Assembly (NCBI RefSeq): GCF_001194135.2
Contig: NC_068982.1
Span: 163,729,886 to 163,793,885, forward strand
Length of the DNA: 64,000 nucleotides
Direction: 5' to 3'
Origin: Octopus bimaculoides
Taxonomy: Eukaryota
Shown here: piece by piece, positions 38,519 through 52,146 of the stretch
How positions within the stretch are numbered: the stretch's first letter is position 1
Layout: the number at the start of each line of letters is the position of its first letter
Position numbers and translations under genes: made by a program
Notes under the pieces: generated by a model
What the model was told of the DNA's origin: nothing
The model's input: the letters and a program-made list of their open reading frames with translations, nothing else
Databases searched by the model: none

Positions 38519-38959
38519 TATGTAGGCTCACCATGCTTTTACAAGGAGAAATTGCAGTATATTACTCTGTCTGTATAGCATAAATTAAAACTAGATAGTT
38601 TTAGTTGATTGTTGACATTTGCAATTTTTTATATATTCAGTGAATGGTAGTCTAGTTATTTGGTGTTAATTCACTAACAACAACTACTATTTAGAGAATA
38701 AAAAAAATGTCAGCAGCCTCAATCAAACACAGTAGAGATTACAGCTCAAAGTTTTGTTTACTCTCATCACATCATACCTCTGTATATACACACAGCAATG
38801 GAATACTGTCTCTTATTAGTGTTCCTTATGAAGAAGCAAATTGTGATATTTAGTTGCAAATAAAGTTTACACTCTACTGATATGTATTGAGTTCTCTCTT
38901 TCATCATCATCATCCTCATCCTCATCCTCATCCTCCTCCTCCTCCTCCTCCTCATCATC

Positions 38960-41570
38960 ATCATCACCACCATCATCATTGATTAACGTCCGTTTTCCAT
39001 GCTGGCATGGGTTGGACGGTTTGACTGAGGTCTGGAGAGCCAGTGGCTGCACCAGGCTCCAATCTGATCTGGTAAAGTTTCTACAGCTGGATGCCTTTCC
39101 TTATCCCAACCACTCTGAGAGTGTAGTGGGTGCTTTTTATGTACTACTAGCACAGGAGCCAGTCTAGAGGTACTGGCATTGGCCATGTTCGGATGGTGCT
39201 TTTTACGTGCCATCAGCACAGGAGCCAGTCAGGCGGACCTGGCATTGACCACGTTCAGATGGTGCTTTTTATATGCCACCGGCATGGGCACCAGTCAATG
39301 GGTACCGGCCCCAGTTACAATACTGGTTTTATTTGACTCAACAGGTCTTCTCAAGCATATCATATCAATTGACGCATCAGCAGTATTCTTAACAGGGCCA
39401 GACATGCATGGCTGCGATTCCATTTTAGTTTCCAAGTCTTCTCAATCACAGCATATCTCCAAAGGTCCTGGTCTCCTTTCATTGCCTCTGTGAGACCCAA
39501 TGTTCAAAGGTCATGCTTCACCACCTCATCCTATGTCTTCCTGGGTCTATCTCTTCCGCAGGTTCCTTTTACAGTTAGGGAGTGACACTTCCTCACACAG
39601 CTGTCTTCATTTATATGTAGCACATGGCCATACCAGCGCAGTCGCTTCTCTTGCACACCACATTTGAGGCTTCTTATGTTCAACTTTTCTCTCGGGGCGC
39701 TTCTACTCTGTCGTGTATGCACACTGATATTGCACATCCAGCAGATCATACTAGCTTCATTTCTTTCAAGCCTATGCATGTCCTCAGCATTCATGGCTTA
39801 TGTTTCACTGCCATGTAGCATGGCAGTTCACACACATGCATCATACAATCTACCTTTCACCTTGAGCAAGAGGCCCTTAGTTGCCAGCAGAGGTAGGAGC
39901 TCCCTGATTTTTGGCCAGGCTATTCTTACTCTAGTCACTGCACTCTCAGAGCAACTGCCCCTACTATAGACTTGGTCGCTTAGGTAACAGAAGCTATTAA
40001 CTCCTTCTAGTTTCTCCCCTTGGCCTGTGATGGAATCTGTTTTTTGTACATCTTCAATGTTTATTGCACCAGTGCATCTGCCACACACAAAAGCTATTTT
40101 CTCGGTTAATCTTCCTTTGATATTGCTGCACCTTTTATGTGTCCATAGCTTACACTGGGTACATCGTATGGAGTTTCTACCCACACCTTTTCTACAGATC
40201 AAGCAGGGCCATCTACCTGAAGGAGGTTGTGATTTGACAGCCTTCCTACTTACTAAGACTTTGGTTTTGGCTAGGTTAACTCAAAGGCCCTTTGATTCTA
40301 GACCTTACTTCCACACCCTAAACTTCGTCTCCAGTTCTGGCAGTGAGTTGGCTATTAGAGCAAGTTCATCAGCATTGAGGAGCTCCCAGGGGCAGCCTGT
40401 TTTGAATTCCTGTTATTTCCTGGAGTACTATAATGAATAAGAGGGTGCTGAGGGCTGATCCTTGGATGAACCCCTACTTCTACTCGAAATTCTTCACTAT
40501 ACTAGTTGCCAACCCTCACCTTACTGACAGCATCCCTGTACAGGGTTTGTACAGCTCTTATCAGCCACTTGTCTATCCCCAGTTTCTGCATTAACCACCA
40601 GATAAAGGATTGGGTGACCCTGTCAAAGGCTTTCTCTAAGTCAACAAAAGCCAAGTACAAAGGTTTATCTTTGGCTAGATATTTCTCCTGCTGTTGCCTT
40701 ACCAGAAATATGGCATCAGTAGTGCTTCTGCCTGGCACAAAACCGAACTGCATCTCATCTAGGCTAACTCTCTCCCTAATTAGTTGGGCAATGACCCTCT
40801 CTGTAACTTTCATTACCTGATCCAATAATTTTATACCTCTGTAGTTAATTCTATCTGAAGTATCACCTTTACCTTTGTAGCAGTTGACTATGGTGCTGCT
40901 ACATTGGGTATAACTCCTTCATGAACTACCTGATTTATGATGTGGGTGACAAGACCATAATCCACACCACCCAATATTTTTAGCATCTCAGCGGTGATTC
41001 CTGATGAGCCAGGTGCTTTCCCTGTCTTCATATTCTCAATTGCTTTATCTACCAGAGTACTGTCAATTCAGGTAGCTGGTCCCTCAATTGGGTCAACCTA
41101 TGGCAAACTCTCCTCCTCCCATTCATTCTACACATTCAGCAGTCTTTCATAATGGCATCTCCAAGTCTCTCTCTTTGCAGAATCATTAAACGCAAGGGCA
41201 CTATCATCCATGTGGGCACATTTCTCTCCTATGACATCACAGTTTTCTCTCACACACTGTCTTGCAATCCGAAATACTTCAGCTCTCTGGTCCTCACATT
41301 GCTGAACATTGGCAAACTTCTTTTCTGCTACTCCCTTGACTATATGTACCTGTCTCTTAGCTCCCCTTTTGGTTATCTGATACATTCTCCTGCTACCCCC
41401 ACTCTTCCAGGCATTCCAAGCCTGTTTCTTTGCTCTAATGGCCCTGTCTATAGTATTGTTCCACCACCATGTTACCCTAGGTCTGGAATGGACTTTGCAC
41501 CAGCCACAGATTTGGTCTGTGGCACTCAGCAAGCTGTCTCACAGAAATTCCCAGCTGCCTTTTATGTCAC
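38960..41570 (-). mobile_element. RTE-clade LINE, 5'-truncated (~2.6 kb), reverse transcriptase pseudogene
   Basis: QFGFVPGRSTTDAIF...LAFVDLEKAFDRV, and WELLNADEL (a degenerate YADD). A Cys-rich segment CLICRKGVGRNSIRCTQCKLWTHKRCS...FVCGRC follows, then RRLRWYGHVL, the 3' UTR modules and a (GAT)n tail. Multiple stops. Confidence 0.95.
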
Positions 41571-41871
41571 AGGACTGTAGCTCCTCCTCCTTATTCAATT
41601 TTACATAGCAACAAACTACCGATCTGTTAGAAATATATTAATTACTGTGAATAATGTGTCCTGCAAGTATTTGCATATATAAATACATGAATTATTGCCA
41701 ATTGATGTCTAAGCTTTGAGCAAAGTAAATTTTTAATTTTCCAAAATACCCTTACAGATAAAATATTTCAGAAATTGATATAAATGAAAGAAATAAAAGT
41801 TCTGGATGAAATTTATGCTTTATGAGTTTATTAACTGGGATCAGCATATTCAACATATAAGTCAAATACTT

Positions 41872-41902
<31 letters not shown>

Positions 41903-42135
41903 TTCGCTTATGCATCTATTATTAACATTCTAAAAAGGATATTTGTTTCAATTGTTAACATCTCTTTGCGAATAAACTAGTAACAACTGAACATATATTT
42001 TACTTGTTTTGTGATTGGTATAATTCTCTCTACATTCATATCTTTCTCTATTGTCATGTGCTTTCCATCTTAAAAAAATCAAGTTAAAAAAAGAATTCTT
42101 TCCTCTGCTATATCTTGGTGATAATCCTCATCACG

Positions 42136-43325
42136 TAAGGGGGTGCTGAAAAGTTCTTGGCTTTGGGTAAAATTTATGAAGCATATTCCCCTCTCAGAAT
42201 CACACACTTACTGCAGCAGTCCTTCAGTTTTTCTAAGACTTGTAAAAAGAACTCAGATGGTTGGGTCTCTGTAGCAGTGATCACTTCATCCCCTTGAGAT
42301 ATTTCTTCAGTTGTAGAAAGAGGTGATAGTTGGAGGATGCCAAATCAGGAGAGTAAGGTGGGTAGTCTATCAATTTGAAGCCAAAATCCCGTATTTTCCA
42401 AAAAGTTTCATATGTTGTATGTGCTGGTGCATTGTTCTGCAAAAGCAGGAACCACAGCTCAGCTTTCCATGGTGTTTCTGCTTCAAAGCTTCATGCAATT
42501 TGTCCAACAAAGACATAGTATTCTGCATTGATGATGTGACCTTTTGGCATGTACTTTATGAGAAGTACTCTGTCTTTGTTCCAGAACACTGTAGCCAGAA
42601 TCTTTCCAGCTGACTTCTGGGTCCAAAACTTCTTGAGATGCAGTGAATACCATTGACTGCTGCTTGGTCTGAGGATCATATAATGACGAAGCCAAATTTT
42701 ATTCATGATGATTAAATGAGCCATAAAATCAGCTTTTCCTGTTACAAACTGGTCCAAACTGATGTGCTTCTGATCTGCGTTCAGGCATTTTAGCACCCAT
42801 CTTACAGAAAGCTTTCTTGTGTCCAGAATGTTGTGAATGATGTGGCAAACTCTTTTGTAAGAAATCCCCAGAGTCTCAGCTACAACTTCAGCTGAAATTT
42901 TGGGTAGCCCTCAAGAATCATGATGTGCACAGCATCAGCTTTGTTCTCAGTGGTTGTGGAAGTTAGCTGTCCTGATTGGGGCTCATCTGTGACCTCGAAG
43001 TGACCAGTCTGAAACCTTGACACCCAGATTTTCACTGTGCAATAAGATGGGCAGCCATCCTTCAAGACTTCCTCATCTCACCATGGATATCTGCCACTCC
43101 TTTGTCTTGCAAAAAGAGGAACCATATTTCAGTTTTACCAAAATCCACTGTAGGAGTTACTGTCATGCATTAAATCTGCAAAAAAAAGAAAAAGATATAT
43201 TGTATATCATCATGATTTTTGGCATATCTTCTCTTAAATAGTTGTCCTACCTCCTTTGTAAAGGTAACAGCTCTACTCTGTCATGTTACCCTTAAAGTCA
43301 GGAACTTTTCATGTATCACACCGTA
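42136..43325 (-). mobile_element. Mariner transposon (third lineage), decayed
   Basis: TIRs taagggggtgctgaaaagttcttggcttt / aaagtcaggaacttttcatgtatcacaccgta. Peptides PSYCTVKIWVSRFQTGH..DEPQSG, SAGKILATVFWN..GHIINAEYY and PPYSPDLASSNYHLF. Confidence 0.92.
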
Positions 43326-43911
43326 AGTACATTGCTGCGCTAAACTAAAAAGGTTTTCATCCATGAGGGTGATGTCATGTAAGTTAAACAATTATCTAAC
43401 ATGCTCATCATCTATTCTAGACATTTTCAGTTTTAAACAAAGTTGTGTGTTCAGCAACTAGAAATTGTGATGGAGTAAGACAAAAGAAGTCAAGTTTTAT
43501 TATCATCTATTGATTCTAATTTATTTTTTAAATTTAATATCAGGCATGGTACTATGATAGAGAACAAGGAAAGTTCTTTTCATTAATTGATATTTAGATA
43601 AAGAACAAGAGTTAAAATAAATTCATATAATTTGATGATTAAGTGAGTTAAGCCTTTGAAGGATATTCTTCCCAATTTGAAGTAGGTAGGAAATTACCAA
43701 ACAAGGAATGTAATTCTCATCATGCATATCCTCAATATTTCATAATGAGGATACATAACTATGCTTTTATTCTGTTGCCTTACAGAGAGAGATTATGTAA
43801 ATGAGAGAGAGTCTGTGTGCATTTGTTGTGTATGTTAATGTGTACTAGACTCATTGATAAGGCAGAGAAAGAGAGAGAGAGAGAAAAAGAAAAATGAAGG
43901 GAAAGGATAGG

Positions 43912-43958
<47 letters not shown>

Positions 43959-45119
43959 TGTGTGTGTATTGATATATATCAAACTAGGAGACTAGACAGT
44001 GATTGGGATAACCCCAGCTCTGATTAATTTCCAAAAGTAACTTCTTTACATACTGTATGATGGGCTCCAGAGAAGAGGTTTCTGAGAAATTGCTGAGCGA
44101 TGTTGATTGGCCAGTTAAAACCTGTGGAGTGAGTGAAGCTGACTTTGTTAGATAGGTTCATTGTTTGGTGTAAATTTGTATTTGTAGTAGATTTGACCAA
44201 TGTTTTAACCGTAGCTGTAATTGAAGGTCAGCAGAATTTGCACTTAACAGATGGGTAATGACTGATGAAGCTGATTGAATTAATGTAGTTGTTGCTAAAC
44301 TGTGTGCTTTGATACTGTGATGTGCCACAAGAAATAATTAGGCATGTTGAGTGATAAGTGGGTAATATATTTCAAAAATGAAGAAAATAAGGAGTGAAAT
44401 TTGTTAATTTAGATCACATATTAGTGCTAATAGCAACATTTAATCTAAACATAGAAATGTTGAGGCTGTTATTAAATTTTGAATGATAAGCTGCATAAGG
44501 ATATGAGTTAAATCTACATTAAATCTATCATAATTGACATCTTATAATTGCATTCAAGGCATACATATTTTTCTTACAAATATAGTCATACCTCAACTTA
44601 GATCATTTTAAGTTTTGACTTTATATTCTTTCTTTTTATGAAATTAATGGAAAAGTAAACCTCAACTGAAGTCGATTTATTCAACTTTGTCAGTATTAGT
44701 GAACATATTCTAAAGCATAGAAATTAAAAAAAAAAACCCCACTTAAAAACCAATACTGAAAAGGAAAAATCAAATAAAATACATGTGAAAATATGTACAA
44801 ACCATTTATTAAAAGAGATATAGGCTAATAAATTTTTTAAAATGTGTTTTTTTTGTTGTTGTTTTTCAAGTCGAGTAAGTCTTCGAACCAATTACCAATG
44901 TAAGTTGAGATATACCTGCATACATTACATTTTTTCTCTTTTATACATTATGGCTTTATGCCATGTTAATATTTACAAATGCATCTTTTGAATATAGTTT
45001 CTGAATTTATGTACAAAGTGTGACTCAATGTTTATATTTGTTTTTAAGTGTGTTACAAGTAAAAAAAATATTTGGGGAAACTCGAAGTTAATGTATGTCA
45101 TCATCATTATCATCATTAT

Positions 45120-45315
45120 CATCATTATCACTTTAATGTCTACTTTTTCATGGTTCAGATGAAATTCTGTAGGCAGATTTTTTATAGCCTGATACCCTTT
45201 CATGTTGTCAACCCTCATTCGTATCCAAGTGAGGTATTATTTTCCCCATGACCAGAAATGCTTCTGCAGAAGATTGAAAATGAAGAACACTACTTGTATG
45301 ATGGTAACACTTGTT
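45120..45315 (-). mobile_element. RTE 3'-tail fragment
   Basis: catcatcatt...ttaatgtctactttttcatggtt...tagcctgataccctt. Similar minus-strand tails at 31810-31900, 32545-32595 and 53915-54100. Confidence 0.65.
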
Positions 45316-45370
45316 TTACAGCTATCTAGTGATATCGATACAAAGAAACACAAACACACCCACCCACACA

Positions 45371-45431
<61 letters not shown>

Positions 45432-46339
45432 NNNNNNNNNNTGATCGCACATACATAGTGTATGTTTTGTTTATGCAAAAAATCTTTGAATGTGAGATGT
45501 TTTCTAAGATTTTGTAAGAACCAATCAAGTTTCAGTGTACCGATAACTAACCTTACTTCAATGTATTTACATATATTTTTGCTTTGATATTGTCATGCTA
45601 CTTCTCTTCAATTGTTTTTGGTTGTTGGCTGTATAAGAGCAGTGAGGCTGAAAATGACTACTTTCCTGTTGTGTAGATATAGCTGTTATTGGTGACCACT
45701 CTCAAACAGTCAACTTGTCACACTGCAACTATTACTTGTCATACTGCTACTATTACTTCATTTCATCTAATTTTTTGTTAGAATTTTGCTGTTTTGAATA
45801 TCATTGATTTGCTATATTTTATGCAACCATAGTCTACATGGGAACATTGCTGAACTTCTTATGAGTTAGAAAGAAGTTAGAGGATACCATTTATAGTTGC
45901 CTTCTTATATATCTCCTTGACACTAAACAGTCTCCTAATCTTGCAAAGTACAATTGTCAGGCATCAGACTTGTGTAGCATGTGGTGATTTTGTTTTAGTA
46001 AATTTAGTAGATTTTACCTAGTACTGTCTTTGGAATCTAGAGATGTTACATTCTTTTCCAATACAAAGTTATATGTTATGACTATCACTGCACATGTGTT
46101 GAAGGTATTGATAGTATTCTTTGTGTTGAGATGATTTTAAACATCTTTTGACTGGCATAGTATTCAGTTTTCCATGTTATTCTTGTAACTTTTATAAACA
46201 ATTTTACTCTCATCTATATCCAATTATTTGTAGAAAGCAAAATTGTCCAACTTATTTTCACTCTTCTCAAGAGCCTCAAATCATCTGCTCGACTGGTCAT
46301 TAAACCTCATTTTGTTGTCATTTTCTTGCATTTTCCCAG

Positions 46340-46419
46340 GCAAAAGTATACACCCTATTGTTCTTGCTAAACTGCTTGAAGATACTGAGCAAACTCTCAA
46401 GCTGGAGACTATTCACAGT
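46340..46419 (+). CDS. Candidate internal exon of an unidentified gene (best single exon candidate)
   Basis: Strong acceptor tcattttcttgcattttcccag|. Open in two frames (KSIHPIVLAKLLEDTEQTLKLETIHS, or AKVYTLLFLLNCLK...). Donor either |gtatgg or |gtgtat. No homology recognised. Confidence 0.22.
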
Positions 46420-46899
46420 GTATGGTTTTAGATCAACCTTGAAGAAGAGATGGTGGATGAACCTTGTCTATTATTTCCCTTTGTAATATCTCAAATTGCA
46501 TTTTTTATTCATCAAAATAAAGGTAACAGAATGAAATGATGATAAAGTATTGTCCCTTTGAACTAGCTTGTGAGTCAAGAGCTTAAACTAATAGCCTTTT
46601 TGTTGACCAGTAGAAATTCCTGCCACTTCTCATTTTTATAAACTACTCAGTAGTTAGGGAGAATGGTCCTCTGTCAGAACCACTCAGTATTATGAACTCA
46701 GTGCACCAAAGTTGTTCCCTCTTATCACTTCCCTATGTACTGACTATTGAGCCATTACTATGAGAAGTAGAGACACTGCTGTGTAAACTAGAATGCAGAC
46801 GATCTGTATTAACAATGAAGTGGTTGGCTCTATTTTAAGACACTACAAGGTGGTACAAGAGCCAAAATCAATCTAGCTCAGTAATTGGAGAGGCAGTTC

Positions 46900-48592
46900 A
46901 ATGTTGTCCTACAGTGGTGTGAGACAGATATTGGAGAGATGAACTGGCTAAATTGTTTGGGGCCTGTTTGGTCTAGATCTGCATGTTGTGAAGAACTGAG
47001 ATAAGGAGATGAGCAGGGTGACCAATCTCATCCAAAAATGTACAGAGAGAAAGCTATCTCTGAAAGGTCAGGTAGAGGTAGTAAACATTCATGTCACCTC
47101 AACCATCTATTACCATCTGAACATTGTGCCTTTCTCCAGTTAACAACTGACCAGACTGAGATGTCTGCTCATATGTTTTTTGTGGAAGACATGTGTTCCA
47201 CTGGTCTGATGCTCCATCTGCTGTCAACATTTGCCAAGTGGAAGACTAAACATGCTGTAGCTGATGATGTGCAAGCCTGTGCTAAAGTTGCAACATCTCC
47301 AGCAATTCCTTGACAGAGAACAGGTGTGATTGCTGTTTGTTAGATGCATTTTCCCACATCTCATCTCTCTGACAGAGCTACATTACTGGGTCAAGCAAAG
47401 GCTGAGACAGTGTGTTTGGCATCTGGAATGTTGTCAATTGCTCACAACTCACTACCAGTTGGGAAATGCTAGGTGGAAGTGCTACAACATTGGCATTCTC
47501 TAGAAGATTAGCAGTGGGCAAAAGTGACAATGCTCTCAAGGAATCTATGGGTGCCATGAAAATTGATTACAGGTAAGTTCATCACCATTAATTCATCACT
47601 GGGAAAGTTCACCAGTATCAATTCACTGTGAAGAAAGTTCACCATGAGTAAAGTTCACTGTGAGGAAAGTTTACCGAGAAAATATATCCATAGTATCTCA
47701 CCATTAATAGTTAAAAACTATTTTATTGAAAGAAAAAAAAAAAGAATGGTGAATTGATGATGGTGAAATTTCCCTGTGAATAATTGATAATGGTGAACTT
47801 TCCATGCAGTGAATTGATGACAGTAAACTTACCGGACACGATGAAAATCAACTGATTGATCCAATATAGACGACTTTTGGGCTTGGGTTTATGGATAATC
47901 TCTGGAAACCCAAGGCCTGGCAATGATATCAGGAGACATTGCCAGTTTAAGATAAATTCTACAGACACAGAAGGGCCATCAGCCAGGCCTATCTGAGCTG
48001 TGTGCACAGCGATAAAACTACTCTGCATGCATTCATCCAGTACCCAAGCATTGCTAAATTGTGGAGTTATGTTAGACAGCTGAATAGGACAGATATGACT
48101 CTCAGCTGCTGCCTTTTTTAGCCATGTAAGGTGGGAGGTCTTTACCTCTTTGGTGAGAAAGGTTGTATGGTGGACAAGATTGAAAGGGTTGAAGACAAAG
48201 CGCTTTCCTCTTTTTCAATTTTTACTTGAAAAGGAAAGTGAAAATGGAGAGGGAAGTGCTGCTGTCTAGCAAATTTGTTGAAAGGTGCATGAGAGTGGCA
48301 AGAGTAGTGCAAGCAAACAGGCCTGCTCTGAGTATGTACCTGGAGAGTGAGGGAAGATGATGAAGAGATGGCACACACCTTAGTGGTTAGGATGACAGTG
48401 GTTTTGTGGGGTTTCTATGAGCATCCGTTGAGGAATGTTCTTGTTTGAAATTTTGTTTCTTTGTTTTTCGTTATTTTATTGTGTAAACACCTTCATGTAA
48501 CTCCACATTATATCACATCCTATGATATTGTATTGTATCATCCAGTACTGTCCTCAGTGTATTTGTAAACCCTTACTAGCTAATAAAGAAAT
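46900..48592 (+). mobile_element. Tx1/L1-like LINE 3' portion (decayed), interrupted by a MITE
   Basis: Plus-strand FGLDLHVVKN*DKEMSRVTNLIQKCTERKLSLKGQVEVVNIHVTSTIYYHL...FLWK; a zf-RVT-like LPV*DKFY...CVHSDKTTLHAFIQYPSIAKLWSYV; then FYLKRKVKMEREVL..KFVER. Ends near aataaag at ~48580-48590. Confidence 0.75.
47564..47840. mobile_element. Foldback MITE with subterminal ~15-bp repeats and 8-bp TSD
   Basis: ATGAAAAT on both sides (47556-47563 and 47841-47848). Termini ..GGTAAGTT / AACTTACC..; arrays of aaagttcac/aattcac units on the left are mirrored by gtgaattg/gtgaactt on the right. Confidence 0.8.
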
Positions 48593-48603
48593 AATGATGG
48601 TGG

Positions 48604-48642
<39 letters not shown>

Positions 48643-50310
48643 CAATGATGATGATGATGATGATGATGATGATGTTGATGATGTTGCTGAAGTATGCAAA
48701 CTTTCCATGACAGCTCTCTGAAATTGGATTTTACTGATTTATTTGAAGAAAGAAAAATATATTTTTGTTTCATTTTGTAAACAAGGAAGTTCGGAATGTT
48801 TGGACATCTACTCCATTACTCAGATGAGGCTTTATTTTAGGTATCTATTTTATGAAAAAGCAATTGTTGTTTACTACTAATCTAACATGACTTCTTCTGG
48901 GGGCATATGAAGAGTTGCTAGCAACAAGCAAAGTAACATTGATTATACACCACCCCAAGGATAAATTGAAACGAATAATACAGAGTTAAAAAAAATTCAA
49001 TAGAACAGAAAAAAATAAAATAAAAACAGAATACAGTTGAACAAGTCTAAGCAGGAGACAATTACATTCTAATACATGAAAAAAACAAAAAAAAAATTAA
49101 CTATTATTCAAGTAATCCTAACAGTAAGTGCAATAGTAGCTGTCTTAACAAGTGGAAAGTATTTAGTATATAGGTTGGCTCTTGAGAAGACAAAAACATG
49201 AGTGAGATGTGTTATGAGGACAGTGTCTCCTTGTTCATAGAATATTCCAAGAAACAGACAAGTTGGAGAGTAACATATATCCTTATTTTTCCCCAAATAA
49301 TAAGGGCTTCCATATGAATCACAAAGTAATTGTTGATTGAAACCATAGCTGTTGGAATACTCATTGTGTCATACATTAACTAGGATTTCTTTTCCTTTCC
49401 AACATGTTCCTATACATGAAATTGGGTGTTCAGTCTAAAAGACAGAAGATGTGATGAGGCAGTCATTAGAGCAGGTGTGTAAGACATTCCTTCCCCCAGG
49501 CTGGAATCGCAAAATATTGTGTGCACGTGTGTGTGAATGTGTTATGGCCAAGGACATTGAGATTGGTGCTGGTCTCTGATCTGTTGTTACGAGATAGTAT
49601 GGGCAGGTGGAGAACACAGATGTGAGACAAAATAATGTGTGGCAGGTGGGGAGGAGAGGGAAGGGGGTCTGTATGGATTTGCATTGTCCAATGAATCCTG
49701 AAACCACAAAACTATTCTTGGGTTCCACCTGTTGTTTAGGGCAGATAAGAAAGCAATGTTAGATACGTAAGAACCATTGAAGAGCTCTCTGCCCAGAGGT
49801 ACTGGATATATCAAAGAAAACAACATCAGAAACAATATCAAGGAGTAGATCCTTGGAACTGCTGTTTCCAAACTACTTCCAAACTCAGCTTTGAGAATAG
49901 AAAAGGTAAAAAAAAAAGCACTTTGTTTTCAGTACCAAAAGCTGATGACCAGGAAACTGCGAGGAGGGGGTTTTCTCTCCCAGCATATCACATCCTTTTG
50001 TAGGTAGAGGATGGGGAGCAAATGGAGGTTGAAGAGGTGAGGCAAAATATTTTGGAAAGCAAAAAGAGTAAAAAGACACAAAATTAAAAAAAAAATAACC
50101 TAAACTGAAGGAGTGCAAGATATACGAACAGGAAGCTCTATCTCTGGAATGGTATTAGATTCATGTTTACTTGATGTTTTGACGAGATTCTGATGAACTG
50201 CCTAATGAACTGCCTGAAGACAAAAAAAGATGATGCAGCGATTAAGGGGAAAAATAAAACTAGATTTCAAAAGACATTCAGATAATAGGCAATTGTTTTA
50301 TTTATTTGTG

Positions 50311-50370
50311 TACTTTATCTTAATTTTTATAATGCCTTAACATATTGAATAATGGTTAATCCCACTCCTA

Positions 50371-50423
<53 letters not shown>

Positions 50424-50845
50424 NNNNNNNNNNNNNNNNNNNNNNNNNNNNNNNNNNNNNNNNNNNNNNNNNNNNNNNNNNNNNNNNNNNNNNNNNNNNN
50501 NNNNNNNNNNNNNNNNNNNNNNNNNNNNNNNNNNNNNNNNNNNNNNNNNNNNNNNNNNNNNNNNNNNNNNNNNNNNNNNNNNNNNNNNNNNNNNNNNNNN
50601 NNNNNNNNNNNNNNNNNNNNNNNNNNNNNNNNNNNNNNNNNNNNNNNNNNNNNNNNNNNNNNNNNNNNNNNNNNNNNNNNNNNNNNNNNNNNNNNGCTCT
50701 TCAACAGAAAGAATACAGAGAAAACAAGGAGAAAAACATGGAGAAAAAAAATTGAATGTTTTGTCAGCGATCAATCATGGCGACTGCCGGACGGGATTAA
50801 ACATAATTCAATATGTTAAGGCATTATAAAAATTAAGATAAAATA
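50311..50845. mobile_element. Putative TA-flanked MITE with 53-bp TIRs (gap inside)
   Basis: 50311-50363 is the reverse complement of 50793-50845 with 3 mismatches. Confidence 0.6.
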
Positions 50846-50859
50846 CCCGCCGGACTAGC

Positions 50860-51047
50860 CCTCATGCCGGTGGCACGTAAAAAGCACCCACTACACTCTC
50901 GGAGTGGTTGGCATTAGGAAGGGCATCCAGCTGCAGAAACTCTGCTAGATCAGATTGGAGTCTGGTGTAACCATCTGGTTCGCCAGTCCCCAATCAAATC
51001 GTCCAACCCATGCTAGCATGGAAAGCAGACATTAAATGATGATGATG
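50860..51047 (+). mobile_element. RTE 3'-tail (relatively young copy)
   Basis: tgccggtggcacgtaaaaagcacc...gtggttggcattaggaagggcatccagctg...ccatgctagcatggaaagcagacattaaatgatgatgat. Confidence 0.85.
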
Positions 51048-51819
51048 TATGCATCCTAACATTTCCTGTAACTCCTTTGTAACATGTTTGTGTGAATGGA
51101 TGAGCTCCTGTGGCAAATAAATGAAAAGGACTACTACTACTACTACTACTACTACTATTGTTTAGTACTTATTTCAGCTTTAATTAGTATTGTGATGCTT
51201 CTATAAGATTCCTTCTCAACTTTTTCTTTCATTTGTTTGTATTGTATTTGTCTAGTTCATTAATTCTTAAGTATTTGTAAATTCGTCTTTGGTCTAATTC
51301 TCTAATCTTCATTTCTTTATCCAACATGAAAATGCCGGCTTTTATTAGTTTTTCCTCTCTTCAAAGTAGACTTGGTTTATATTCTAAACAGAATTTCATT
51401 CCAATTCCTCAACTGAATCTGTGCATAATATGTGGTAAGATTTCCATTTGTTTATCAGCGGTATACAGCTTGATATCATCCACACACTAGGGATGGCTGC
51501 CTGTTGTTTAATAATACATGTATCCTTATTCAACCTAATTTAGAATACTGGAGGCAGCTGGGACTCTCAATCATAAAGTTGTCATTTCGATTCCTGGTCA
51601 GGAAGGCATGTTATGCTCTTGGGCAAGGTACGTTAGTTCAGAACACTCAACAAGGAAAACAGAGTACCAAGGCTGAGAGAGCACCTAGTCAGTGTCAAGT
51701 TAGTGTGGCAATGCTGCAGAGAGATATGTCCAGTAGTGGACATATGTTTACCCATTACCCATTTTTATTTTACCCATGGGTCATGTTTTCAGAATTTATG
51801 GAAAATGTTTAGCCAAATG

Positions 51820-52146
51820 TATTGACTTATTTTCCAAAAGCCTGATACTTATTCTATCAGTCCCTTTTGCTAAACCACTAAGTCAAGGGGATGTAAACAT
51901 ACCAGCACCAGTTGTCAAGCAGTGGTGGTGAGACAAACACAGACACAAAGACATACATACATACATACATATATGGATATAGATATAAATACACACACAT
52001 ACATATATAAAAAGGACTTTTTTCAGCTTCCATCTGCTAGATCCACTCACAAGACTTTGGTTGGCCTGAGGCTACAGTAGAAGATATTTGCTCAAGGTGC
52101 CACGCAGTAGGACTGAGCTCAGAGCCATGTGGTTGGGAAGCAAGCT
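51820..52146 (-). mobile_element. Bipartite SINE, family A
   Basis: Reverse complement of the 3' half, the microsatellite and the head. Confidence 0.8.

Noticed and set aside
39624-41580. Plus-strand ORFs of 100-140 aa
   Set aside because: Antisense shadows of the minus-strand RTE ORF2.
44030-44330. Possible CR1 endonuclease remnant (DVDWPVKTCGVSEADF)
   Set aside because: One weak motif only; not enough to annotate.
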